A DNA stretch of 64,000 nucleotides from a virus. Lineage: Duplodnaviria; Heunggongvirae; Uroviricota; Caudoviricetes. The position numbers and the translations under genes were made by a program. The stretch spans positions 64,001-128,000 of IMG/VR virus record IMGVR_UViG_3300031555_003801; one strand, given 5' to 3'. This document shows, one piece after another, positions 19,801 through 32,096 of this stretch (its first letter is position 1; the number at the start of each line of letters is the position of its first letter). The notes below the pieces were generated by a model, which saw only the letters and a program-made list of their open reading frames with translations, did not search any database and was not told the origin of the DNA.

Positions 19801-22800
19801 ATAAGATGTATTTCCAGTAGTATCAATAAATCCATTGAAAGCTGGATCAATATATTTATAATATTCATCAATATTATATGCTACTAATGGACGTCCACCC
19901 ATCATTGCATAAGATTTACTAACCGCTGGATTAAAATCATAAAAACCATTTAATTTTTCAATAGTTAATAATTCTTTTCTTAATTCAATATATTTTTCTT
20001 TAATTCTTGGTTCAAAACAAGTCCATAAATTATTCCAAAGAACACTATCTGCAGTAGAGAATTGCTTATTCTTTGTTGCATCAGTATCATATTCCCAAGT
20101 AGGAACACCGGAGTTATTAACACCTAATTGAGTGTCAATATCATAAAACATTGGATACCAAATATAATCTCCATCAACAGATTGAGGACCCCAAGAACCA
20201 AGCATCATATTTTTACCACGAGAGTCATAACCTAAAATTAATTCTGTCATGATAAAATAAATAATACAATATTCTTCATCAAAATGTTTCTTAAATTCAT
20301 ATGTAAATTTAGCTAAACGATAATTACTATCATCTTTTGTATAAGTTATATCACTATAAGTAACAGGTTCTGGAAGTTCTTTATTAGTAGCTTTTATTGG
20401 ATCGGTACTAGCAACCCATTCAAATAATCTTTGAAGATTTCTATATTTTTCTAATAAATATTTATTTGCATCTGTAGTTGTTGGGAAATCACCTTTTAAA
20501 TCTAATGCATCATCAATATCATCTTCATAGAAACTATAACGATATTCTAAGTCATCAGTGACAGATAAAAATCCTTCATCATTTAGTTCTTCAAAATCAA
20601 TCTTTTTAAAAGAACATCTAGTACCTTGGTTATTACCAAATTCCCAACATTCAGCAATCATTTCATAAGTTGCTGTTTGTGTTACACCATCATCATCTAC
20701 ATAAGTTTGATATTTTTCTGGTATATTAGGATTACCAACAACATATGGCTGAACATCTCCATTTTCAAAGTCAATAACATTGTTACAAGCTTTATCTAAA
20801 TTAAAGTTATACTTACCAATATATTCATAAGTACCTGCTTTTGGCCCTGCCTTATGTTTTTGGAAAACTAACATTGGGAAACCATAAATAGTAGTTCTAT
20901 GATCACCTGTTACATAATTTTTATTATAATCTACTAATGGATGTTTACTATATAATGTTTTTACAAAACTTGCAAAACCAGTATTATGAGTTCCAGAAGA
21001 TTCCATGTAGTCTGCTTTCCAAGTAAAAGTACTTTCAGAAGCATCTTTATTATCCATATAATAATATTTATAATCTTTTCCATCATAATTAATTTTACTT
21101 TGTAAAGACTAATCTTTTAATGGACCATTTGTATAATTCCATACTACTGGAGCATCATCTTTAGATTTAAATTTACCTTTATAATTTCTACGAGGATAAC
21201 CTTGTGAAGAAGTACCTTGTACGTCAAATTCTGCATTTTCAGCATGGAAACTTGGACATCCTTGAAGATATTGAGCACCAGTAATTTCTCCTAATTCATA
21301 TGCTCTATCTAAGGCTGGATTTACAAAATCTACATCTAAACGCTTTTTACCACCTTTAACGAAAGGTAAATAATCATCTTTTTCAGTTGCAGGGGTTCCA
21401 TGAACAGAAACTACTGCATAAGGCATAATTTGATTATCTGGATTATTTACATTAAATGTTAGCATTTTTTCGAAATCAATCATAGGTAATGAACTATTAT
21501 TATCTAATAATTCATTCATATCATATAATTGCGCATCAGCATAGTCTGCAATATAATTATGAACTATATCTGCACTACTTAAAGCTGTTTTATAAACACG
21601 CATTTTATATAAATCAACATCACAATAATCAGAATTTATAATAAAAGCATTTTCTAAAGCAGAAAATACATCATTGCTTGTATAAGTTTGAATACCACTC
21701 ATAATACCATTAATATAAACATATATTAAAGGAGTATTATTAGTTTCAGTAATTTGTTCCAAAACAAAAGAAACATGAACTTTTTCATTTTCTTTATATC
21801 TACCATTTACAATAACATTATTTTTGGTTTTGAAAAATGCTTCTTGAGTACCTAAACATAAACCAATATTATTACCAAAATATTTACCAAATACACTTTC
21901 TTCAGTATTTGCTGTTTTTATAATAGTAACTTCACCATCTTCATTTTCTGAAGAAGTTGTAGTAATTAATGTAGCATAACTTTGAACATTTCTTAATTTA
22001 AATTCAAATTCAAAAGTTATACCATGTACCAAAGTAGAAACATTTAAAATATTTAATGGAATTGAAATAGAAGCTCCATTACTAATTCTTAAACAAGAAT
22101 CATCATTTTCGTCTAAAATCCAACCATTATTATACCAGTTAAAATTATTAAAACTTACAGAAGTAGTTTCATTACTAGCATTAGTATATTCCCATTTATT
22201 TCTGATTGATTGATTTTCCTTATTAGAACGACCTTTTGAATCTAAATTTAAATGTAATCCAGTAGAAAGAATATTTAAATCTCTTAATGTATCTTCAACT
22301 ACTTTAATACTAATGCTACGATTAGTTTTTCCACATGACAATGTTAATACATTTGTTCCAATAGCATAATTAGTTACTTGCCATTTTTCCCATGTCCATT
22401 GACCAGGAATATAAGAAGCAGTTACTGGAGAAGTAGGTAATTCATCTTGATTTAAATATAATCTAGTTTCTGCTTTTGCAGGATTTGCTGGATTATATAC
22501 TTTATATTGAATAATTAATTTATCATGGTCAACAATTTGAGTAGGATAAGTATCAAGCCAAATAATTGGTTCAGTACTTTTACCGTCATCCCAAGCAACC
22601 TCATAAATTAATGGTTCAGTTTCAATATAAGTTGTTCCTTCCCCATATGATAAAGTAGCTTTAATAGTATGTACACCATGGCTTTGAGGCGGAATTGTTA
22701 CTGCCTCATCCTATTGGCTGTTTTTACAAATTTTAGTAACAGTATAACCGCCTTGTTCAGGGTCAACTTGAACAGTTAAAACTTTATCAAGACCTTTACC

Positions 22801-23565
22801 AACAGGAGTGCAAATGAAATCAAGAGCTTCATTAGGGATTACTCTTAAAGAGTTAAAAGCAGGGCTTTCATTTAAAAGCATTTCAATTGCCACACGGCCA
22901 GATTGTCTAATTTTATTTGTTTCACCGGCATTTTCACCTTGACCATAAACAATAACAAGGTTAGAACCAGAATATAAATGAGAACCAATATCAAATGTAT
23001 GAACTGCTCCACTTTCTGCGCTTTGAGGAATTGTTTTACTTTCGCCAGTAACTTCATTGACAATTTGGTAATAAATAGTTACTAAGTCATCTTCTTGAGA
23101 AGTTACTTTATATTGAATTTCATAAGGGCGATTATAAATAACCTAAACAGGAAGTTTAGTAATCGCTTCAATGGTGATAGATGAGGAAGAGCCACCTCCG
23201 CCACCAGTACCTGAAACTGCAATTAAAGTACAGGTTAATAAGCCTTCATCAACCAATATTTCTTGGATTTTATAAAATCTACCATCACTATTAATGATTA
23301 AATCATTAACTTTTGGATTTACACCTTTTTCTAATAAATCTGCATGAAAGGTAAATGTCTGATCAACAACATTTTCTATTACCCCTTCATCATATCCATA
23401 GATAACAGAAACACCGCCGCCACCTAATGGAATTTTATTTTCTCCATTAGTATCTAAAAAAATACGGCCTGAATCAGTTGCAAAGTATATCATGCCTTCA
23501 GTATATGGATTCGCTAAAAGAGTTTCTTCTAATCCGCGAGCAGGCTGAAATTTTATTTTGCTCAT
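16891..23565 (-). CDS. Giant virion protein (2224 aa): fibre-type N-terminus, LamG-like domain, CotH-like kinase domain, LRR, Listeria-Bacteroides repeats, BspA-type LRR
   Basis: Eight track ORFs share one frame and join through TAG; the gene ends TAG-TAA at 16891-16896. Motifs: LYKMRVY..ALS, QGTSSQGYPRRNYK, WKADYMESS, DSRGKNMML, FYDIDTQLG, YDFVGWST, I*LPKNLYLIEELAF. Confidence 0.8.
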
Positions 23566-23615
23566 TCAGATTTCTCCTTTCTCTTAAAAAATTTTTTACT
23601 TATATAAATAAAAAA

Positions 23616-23652
23616 ACGCGAGTATTAAGAAAAATTTCCTTAATACTCGCGT
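23616..23652 (-). terminator. Intrinsic terminator
   Basis: 14-bp stem ACGCGAGTATTAAG / CTTAATACTCGCGT followed by a T run on the minus strand. Confidence 0.85.
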
Positions 23653-23719
23653 GGAAATTATTCCTTCTAGGAATAATCAAAAAATTTATAAATTAATTAT
23701 TAGGTTTCGTCCTAAAAAA

Positions 23720-25948
23720 TTAGAATGTACCCCATACTAATTCTACTGCAACATTATTAGCATCAACTTTTGTTACAGCTAAAGTATCAGAATATAAACC
23801 AAAATCAAGAGTTCCAGTTCTTTCTCCATCTTTTAAAATATAAGAAGCTAAACTTAAACCTGTACCATGATTTTCTAAAGTTTGATTATCAGTAATGACA
23901 AAATCATTAAAAGTATATACAGGATCTGCAGGTAAAGAAGGTAATGTATAAGTAGTTTCAGTATATTCTTTTACATGACCTTTTTCATCTACCAATCCAC
24001 TAACAGCAACGAAAGTTCCACCAAATGTTAATGCTGCAGGTGTAGAAGTTCCTTTTGTTGCTTGACTTCCTAAGTGATTAATAGTTAAAGTTACATTTTC
24101 ATCTGCTCCAGAGAAAGTAGCACTAATCTTATCATCACCAGCAGGTGTTACAGAACCAAGAACTCTACCACCAGATTTTAATTGTAATTTTTCATTTGCT
24201 TGCGCAAGTGCATAAGAAGGTAATGTATAGTCAATTTTTTCAATAGATGTTACATGACCATATTTATCAGCATCAACGCTAGCAGCAGAGAATGTTCCTC
24301 CATCGATTAAAGCACCAGTAGGTTGAGTAATACCATCAGCCATTGCTGCTGTAGAATAAGTTTTATGACTTGCCTGTAAAGCACCACCAGTTGCCTTTAA
24401 AATAACAATATCATCATCAGTAACATTAATGTCATCTTTTGCTGCACCATCTGTTAATGTAATCTTATCATTTTCTGCAATTAAATCATAAGTTGTATCA
24501 GTATTATTTTCACTATGAACAACTTCAAATTTTAAATTTTCAGTAATAATTCCATTAGTTTCTGTTCCAGTAACATATACTAAATCACCTGCATGTAAAG
24601 TAACAGAAATGTTATTAAGTTCTACGTTTTGATCTTCTTTTGATACATATACGTCACCAACATGATATTGCTTTCCAGCAACTGGAAGATTACCAGTAAA
24701 AGTACCTTTATATGTAAATGCATCAATACCTTGTAACTTCTTATCAATTACAGCTTTACTATAGAAAGAACCTAAATTGCCTTGATTCTTTATTGTATTA
24801 GTTGTTTCTACTTCTTCACCATCAGCATCTAAATCTGTTACTGTAATAGTATGATATAATACTCCTTCAGAAGTAGCTGGAATTCTTTGTCCATTATTAT
24901 CTGTAACAGATACAGTTAATTTACTTGCATCAGTTTCATCAACACCAATTGTTGCTCCTGTAATAGTTGTATTATTAATTGTTAATGGAGCAGTTTGTGC
25001 AGAAGCAATATGTCCATAACCATCTGTTGTAATTACTGGAATATTAATTACTTGAGCATTAGTAGTTCCAGTAACATCTGTTGAACCATATGTAGCTGCA
25101 GAACCAATTGTTTCATGAGAATAAAGAATTCCGCCATTAGCATCAGCTGTAACGTCTAATTTATTACCAGCTTTAAATTCAACAGATTGTGTTTTTCCAC
25201 CACCAGTTAATTTAACTTTAGTTTCATCTTGTTCAAGTGTATAAGTAGTGTCTGTAGAACTAATTTTAATTGCTTCTACAGGTTTTCCATCTACTGTTAC
25301 TGTTTCAGTCGCAAAAGCAATTTTATCTCCTGCCACAAGAGCAGTTTTATCATCACTATTTGCTCCAGCACCAGTTAAAGATACTACTGCAACATCAGTT
25401 TGATCGATAGTTGTTAATTCACTTTGAACACCAATATTAACTTCAGTTGCTAATTCAGAAACCATTGATGAATCAATAGTAAAAGTAGTAGTAAATGGTG
25501 TTTCTTGTGTTTTTCCGTCAACCTTTTCATAAACACTTAATGTATATTTATAAGATTTTTTGCCTTCTCCATCTGTTTCTTGCTAAGGTTCAGAAATACT
25601 AATACTAGCAATACTTGTATCTGTATTAGTGTCTGGATTAATTTGAATCCATCCCCATTTGTTATCCTACTTTTGGCCATAGATACATAAAATATTTTCT
25701 TTAGAAGCATAATAAATTACGCCTACTGCATTTTTACCATTAGCAAGTTTATGTTCTGCACTTACTGTTGGCAAAACATCAACACTTGCTATAATATTAA
25801 TTTGTTCATTTAATAATACTGGAGCACCAGTACCAGTACCATAATATAATCTACATTCGTCAGTAGTTAAATAAAACGCACCAGGAACGGACGTAGCAGG
25901 AAGATTAGCAACTTCCCCTCTTAAAAATTTAATACCATTATCAGCCAT
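23720..25948 (-). CDS. Tail fibre-like protein (742 aa); 2 TAG
   Basis: ORFs 23720 and 25667 join through TAG 25583 and 25667. N-terminus KFLRGEVANLP..GAFYLTTDECRLYYG; repeated D..GHV..TLP shaft motif; C-terminal ELVWGTF. Confidence 0.75.
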
Positions 25949-25970
25949 TTTAAATTATCTCTCCTTTTAA

Positions 25971-26918
25971 TTATTCGACAATTTCTTGCCATTGTAATTG
26001 TTCAGTTAAATGATTTACTTGTTCTACTAATGTAGCATTTTCAATATAAGTATTTAACTTACTTAAATCACCAACTTTTGTTGAGAAATTAGTAAAATCA
26101 GTAGTCAATTGAATAAGAGAACTATTAACAGCAGTCATTGAATCATTATTATTAGAAATTGCCTAATTTAATTCTCCAACTTTTTTATCAAAATTTTCTG
26201 TTGTTACATAGTTATCTAAATCAACAGACCAAGCTCCAACAGGTTCAAGTTCTCCATCAATAACCATGTATTCATCATACTTGTTATCTTCGATATCTCC
26301 TGCTGGCACTAAATAAATTTTATTAGTTTCTAATGATGCAAGAGCATCATCTAAACTTTCAACCTTTTCATAACTTAAATGGTCTACTTTAGCAATTTCT
26401 TCTGTAATTAAAGTTTTTACTTCTGTTTCAGAAATAGTTTCTTCTTCAATTTGCTTTTTAATTTCAGCAATTTCAGCTATTTCATTTACTTTAATCCAAG
26501 AAATAGAACCATCTTCGTTTTTTTGTGGAATAGTGCCTGTAGCAGCTGCTTTAAAACCTTTTAATGAAATTTCATCTAAATCATCTAATTCAAAAACATT
26601 TAAATCTAAATTTATAATTTCTTCAATAGAACTATTAACCCATTGTGTACCATTATAAACTAAAATATCATTTTGTTCACGATTTAAAATATCAACATCA
26701 CTTAAATCAGCTAAATTAACTGGAGTAGGCTGTTCACCATCTGTTCCGCCAATTTGAGTAGTACCTAAATATAAAACACCTGTGCTAGCACCTTGTGCTT
26801 CATAAATAAAATACAACGTATCATTATAAATTTCACCTTGAGATTTTAATGCCTCCCAAGCAGTTCTTGTACCACGGACAAATTTTACATAATTAGCCGT
26901 ATTTTGTAAAGAAGCCAT
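25971..26918 (-). CDS. Fibre-associated virion protein (315 aa); 1 TAG
   Basis: N-terminus VKFVRGT..TLYFIYE..GVLYLG, then NKIYLVP..YDEYMVIDG.LE.VG. TAG at 26163; TAA at 25971. Confidence 0.7.
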
Positions 26919-26987
26919 AAAAATATTCCACTCCTTCCTTTTAAAATTATTTCTTCATTTTTTATTAATTTTTATAAAGTTTAAAAT

Positions 26988-27020
26988 AAAAAGTTTCGGC
27001 CTTAAAGACCGAAACTTTTT
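26988..27020 (-). terminator. Intrinsic terminator
   Basis: Inverted repeat AAAAAGTTTCGG / CCGAAACTTTTT. Confidence 0.75.
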
Positions 27021-27022
27021 TA

Positions 27023-30000
27023 TTATCCATTATTTTCATGATAGCTATTAATTAAATCTTTTAATTCATCAATAGTTTCTTCTAATTCTATAATTTTTGC
27101 ATTATAAACATCAATAGAAACATATTTATTAGAAATTATTTCTGAAGTTAAATAATCATCAGCATTTTTTACTGCCATTGTACCTAATTCTTCTAAGTCA
27201 GAAATATCTTGTTTTGTTAATGTTCCAAGAGTAACACTAATTTTTCCGTTTTCCTAAGATATATTTCTAATAATTTGATTTTCATTATTTGTAATAGAAT
27301 AATCTAATTTATTTAAAGCACTATCTATAGCTTGCGCAACTGCGCTCTTAGTTGTTACAGAATCATCATTCTAATCTTTATCATTTATAGCACTAGAAGG
27401 AATTGATATATCTCTTGTAGAAATATTAATTTTACCATCAGTTTCAGACCAAGTATAAATAGTTTGATATGCTGGAATATTATTTTCTCCAGTTATATCT
27501 AAAGCTTCAATAGCATCTTTTATAGCTTGTGTTCTATCAGTAATTTCTTTATCTAACTTTCCTTCAAGTTTTCCAAAACCTTGATTTATTGTATCGTTTT
27601 GGGTCAAAACGCCCGATTCTTGTTTTGAATAACCATTTAGTAAAAGTTCGCCCACATTTTTACGAGTGGTTGAAAGTTTTCCTGTTTCAGGTTCAAATGC
27701 TAATTGAATTATTAAATCAGCATTATTTGTTGTTGCATCAACTAAAGAACCTTGCGGAATTGTAATAGTATGGCTAGATTCATTTGCTTTATGTCCTTTT
27801 TCATCAAAATATAGATCTTTAATAACAAAAGTCGAACCAAAATTAGGAGTTTGATTACTTTCTTGAATTATTGCAGTTTCAACTGGCCCTACATGTGATA
27901 AAGAAATTTTATCATTCTCTGCATTAGTCTAAATCCAATTATCTCCAGTAATAGCTATTGTATCTTGTGTATTATCTGCTTCAGAACTACCCTAGTCCGC
28001 AATAAATGTTTTATATCCATAAGGAAGAGTAACTATTTGTGTATTTACATTTTTAATATGACCTGTTTCATCAATAAAAATAGTCTCTAAATTAATAGTA
28101 TCTCCATTATTATTTATATCAAAAGTATCACTAGTATTATTTTCTTTATTAGGATATAAATGAATTAAATTAATATAATCATTTTTTGCAGATGTTTTAA
28201 TCCAGTCATCACCATTAATATTTAAAGTATCTTGAGTATTATCAGCAATAGAATTACCTTCATCGGCTATAAATGTCTTATATCCATATGGAAGAGTTAC
28301 TATATCAGTATGAGTATTCTTTACATGTCCAGTTTCATCAATAATAATTTTTTCTAACTCAATAGTATCACCATTACCATTTTTATCAATGGTACCAGTG
28401 GTATTCTCTTGTTTATTTGGATACATGTGCTCAATACGCACTTTTCCTTCAGCTACATCACCAATTATATCAGTATCAATCCATTGATTTGTTTCAATTG
28501 GTACACTTTGAATTCTTCCATAATTATCACTAATAATTAATTGTCTTGGAGCAAAATCATTCTAAAATCTATTAATTAAATCATTCATTAAATTAATACA
28601 ACCCTAAACTGTATTTCTATCTCTAGTATGATAATCTCCAGATAATAACAATTTATTAATTTCTATAATTAATCCATGAATTGTATTAAAAGATCTTGCA
28701 AAACCATTTAATAATTGCATTTCTGGAATAGGTGTTCTTTTTGCTAATTCAATAGTGCAAGGAATTATTTCAACACCTCTATTCCATTGAGATCCAATAG
28801 AATAAAGACCTTCTAAGTCACTATTTATATAAAAATAATTCTTTCTATAATAATCTATATCTTGTTTATTAAAAGATTTATCTAAATAATAATAAACCCC
28901 ATCTTTATAATAATATGTATTAGGTTTGTAGAATATACTATCTATTTTTACAAAAGTATCTTTTAATAAAGTATAATATTGTCTTTGTGGAGTAAGTTTT
29001 AAGTTTTTATCTTTAAAGAAATTATTATCCATTCTATAGTAAAATTTATTAGTAACATAAAACATGCTCAATGGAAATTCTTCTATTCCATTTAATTCGT
29101 AATAATATTGTTTATCAAATCTTGGAGTATAAGAATCACCATAGTTTGTAGGATTTTCTAACCTAGCTCGACCTAAATCTTCATATTCCTTAGCAATACT
29201 TTCTTTTGTTGCTGGCACATAAGTAAATCCATTTTGTCCTTGTATACCTATAGGAGTAAAATACTAATTATCTTCAAAAGGCAATAAATTAACTCTGTAT
29301 GCCTTATTAACAACAGCTTCATATTTATTTTCGCCAATTCCAGGAATAACTTTTCTTTGCCAATCTAAAAGATAGTATGTTTGAGCAGGATCATATTCAT
29401 CATCCATTTGAGTTAAATCATAAATAGGTTCTCCACGTTCATCAATACCAATCTAAATACCAAATGCTCCTGGAGTCCAAAGATATGTTAATACTTTTCC
29501 TAAATATGTTTCATTAACTTCATCATAAAGAGCAGGATTTCCTAAAACATGTGTTACTAAATTCTTTGTTGTTGGAAGAGTATAATACATATCTTTTGTT
29601 GGCGTAGCAGTTGATGCTGGCTAGTATGAACCATTTTCTGTTTTTTCATAATATTTATTTTGAATAAAATCAAGAGTAGGATATTCTTTTTGTAATTTAT
29701 CATCTCCACCAAATAAATAATAAGTTACATTTCTTGCCACATGATTATTTTCTAATAAAAAATTATCTCCTGCTGCATAATAATATTTTCCTTTTTCATA
29801 AGAATCTAAATTTTCTACTAAAGTATATTCTTCATCAGGATTATTTATTTTCTTTACATAATATATTTTATTAGTATCAAAAGTAGCATCTATATCTGGA
29901 ATAAATTCTTCACCATCTTTATAATAATAAAAATTTGGTTGATATTCATCTTCAGTTACAATTACTAATTCATAAACACAATCTATTGGCTCATATTTAT

Positions 30001-31723
30001 ATCCAATACCTTTACGATAATATCCACCATCACTTAAATAATAAATATTATCGCCACTTGCCTAATCAGCAAACTTATACATCGCTTCTTCATCAGTGAT
30101 ATCAACTGTTGGAGCATCAGTTCTAGTATTATCAACAATAATCATTCCCATTAAATCATGAATAGAGTTAATACATCCAGCTAAAGTTTCTACTTCTTTA
30201 GAATTATAACTAAAACCATCGTTTCCCTATTCATCAACTAAACGCAATCTATTTGTATTATCTGGAAAATCTGCATCCACCCAATCAATAAAAGTTAAAC
30301 GATTATAATCATTATCAAGAACCCCTAATGGACGACCTGCTTTATCAAGCATAATTTCTCCATCTTCATCATATCTATAAACTGGATTTCCATCTCTATC
30401 TGCGCCAATGCCATAAACAATATCCCACATACTGCTTACAGCATTTCCAAGAGAAGGAAGAATCATTTGCCATTCTTGAGTATCTACTTGCGGGCTTTTG
30501 TTTCCGCGCTCATGATCATTATATTCTGTAGTTTCCCATTCAGAAACTCTTACGCCACCACTGGCACCGGTTTCTGTTTCATAGGAATAATATTCATATT
30601 GAACAGGTTTCTAACTATATCCTGTTGGAGTCATTTGCACTTTATCATCAACAGAAGAACTAAAATGTACTTTTGGATTAAAACCATCTTTATTATAATA
30701 AATAGCTGCAGGAATTTGGCTATCTTCTTTTTTAGATACAAAATCAACTACATCCGCAAAATCAATAGGTTCTAAACCACTTTCATTATCATTTAATTCT
30801 CTTGGAATATCAACTAAATGCCATTTTCCATCTAGTCCATAATAATAATATTGATGTAATTTTAAATCTTTATTATACACAGATTGAATCCAAGTTGTTG
30901 TTTCATCTGATAATAAATTATTTTGGGAATCTTTATTTTGTTTTTTATCTGCAGATAAAATACTTTTAGCATGTTTAACACGCATGCCCCATTGAGGTTG
31001 CCAATGTAATTCATAATAAGTATTATTACTTACTTCATCAAAATGTGGAGTAATAGGATTCATTGTCGGAGCATCTGCACTTAATGTAAAAGTAGGAACT
31101 ACTCCATTAAGTTCGGCAACCATTGCATATATTTCTTTACCATTTTCATACATTTTTTGCCAAACAGTTGAATCCCAACCTCGTCCAATTGATCCACCTA
31201 ATTTTTTTCCATAATAATTCTAATCTATATTATAATTTACTGCATAATTCCATCTATCAGAACCATTTTCAGGTACTTCACCATCATTGAATTTAGCAAA
31301 AAGAGCATTACCATTTTCATCTCCACCATAACACTAATAATATGTACGAGTAGTAATATTCTAACCATTATTAAGTTCAACAACATTTTCTATATAACAT
31401 AAATCATTTTTATTCATTCCAGTAATTAAATTATTTTGATCTAAAATAATACCTTCTGAATTAAAAGCAATTTTAAAATTTAATTCTGGGTCTGAAAATA
31501 AATAATAAAATACATCACCAACTTCAGTTATAATATATTCATCTTTATCATAATAAGCTTCTTTTACAAATTCATTATTTGCATCATAATCTACTAACAC
31601 AAAACGGCCAATATAAACTTCATCTTCAGCCATATGTGTTTCCATTTCAACCCTATTCGCATAAATTCTATCAAATGCAAAATTAGTTTTTGTTACATTC
31701 GTTATATTTCCATAAAAACTCAT
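27023..31723 (-). CDS. Large tail/baseplate fibre protein (1566 aa); many TAG
   Basis: Six track ORFs share one frame; ATG at 31723 follows GAGGAGG; TAA at 27023. Reads MSFYGNITN..F.FDRIY.NR and carries internal 89-aa repeats. Confidence 0.75.
27900..28430 (-). repeat. Two tandem 89-aa (267-nt) repeats plus a partial third within the fibre gene
   Basis: H.YPNK..NT..T.D.N.NGDTI.LE.I.IDETGH.KN..T.IVTLPYGYKTFIAD.G.S.AD.TQDT..I.GD.WI occurs twice. Confidence 0.85.
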
Positions 31724-31727
31724 TTAA

Positions 31728-32081
31728 TTAATCCTCCTCTACATTATATAAAGCATCTACAATTAAATAAGCATTACCTACTTCTTCAATAACTTTAATT
31801 GAATCTGCATCAAAACTTAATGAATTAATCTCAGAAATACCTTCTAAATCTAATTCATAAATTCCAGTAGCACCAATAATAATAGGTTTTTTAGCATTAT
31901 TTAAATAAAATTTAGTGCCTGGTAGAGCTTGAATTCCTAACTATGTAATTGCGGCCAAGCCTTTCTCTGAAAAGAAAATACTACCTTCATTAACTAAAGT
32001 TTCAAATGAAATTTCTTCTTTAGGCTAATTTTTTGAGTCTGATTTACCATAATAACGATATTGTCTAACAACTTTCGTCAT
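31728..32081 (-). CDS. Conserved small baseplate-region protein; 2 TAG; absent from ORF track
   Basis: AAGGAGG RBS. Reads MTKVVRQYRYYG..KN*P..IT*LGIQALPGTKFYLN..IIIGATGIYELDL. Confidence 0.8.
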
Positions 32082-32096
32082 TTTCTCTAAACCTCC

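Noticed and set aside
27900-28450. CRISPR-like or non-coding repeat array
   Set aside because: The repeats are 267-nt in-frame coding repeats with synonymous divergence and no spacer structure.
8427-31723. Diversity-generating retroelement acting on the fibre genes
   Set aside because: I saw no reverse transcriptase, no TR/VR pair differing at adenines, and no C-type-lectin-like variable C-terminus in this window.
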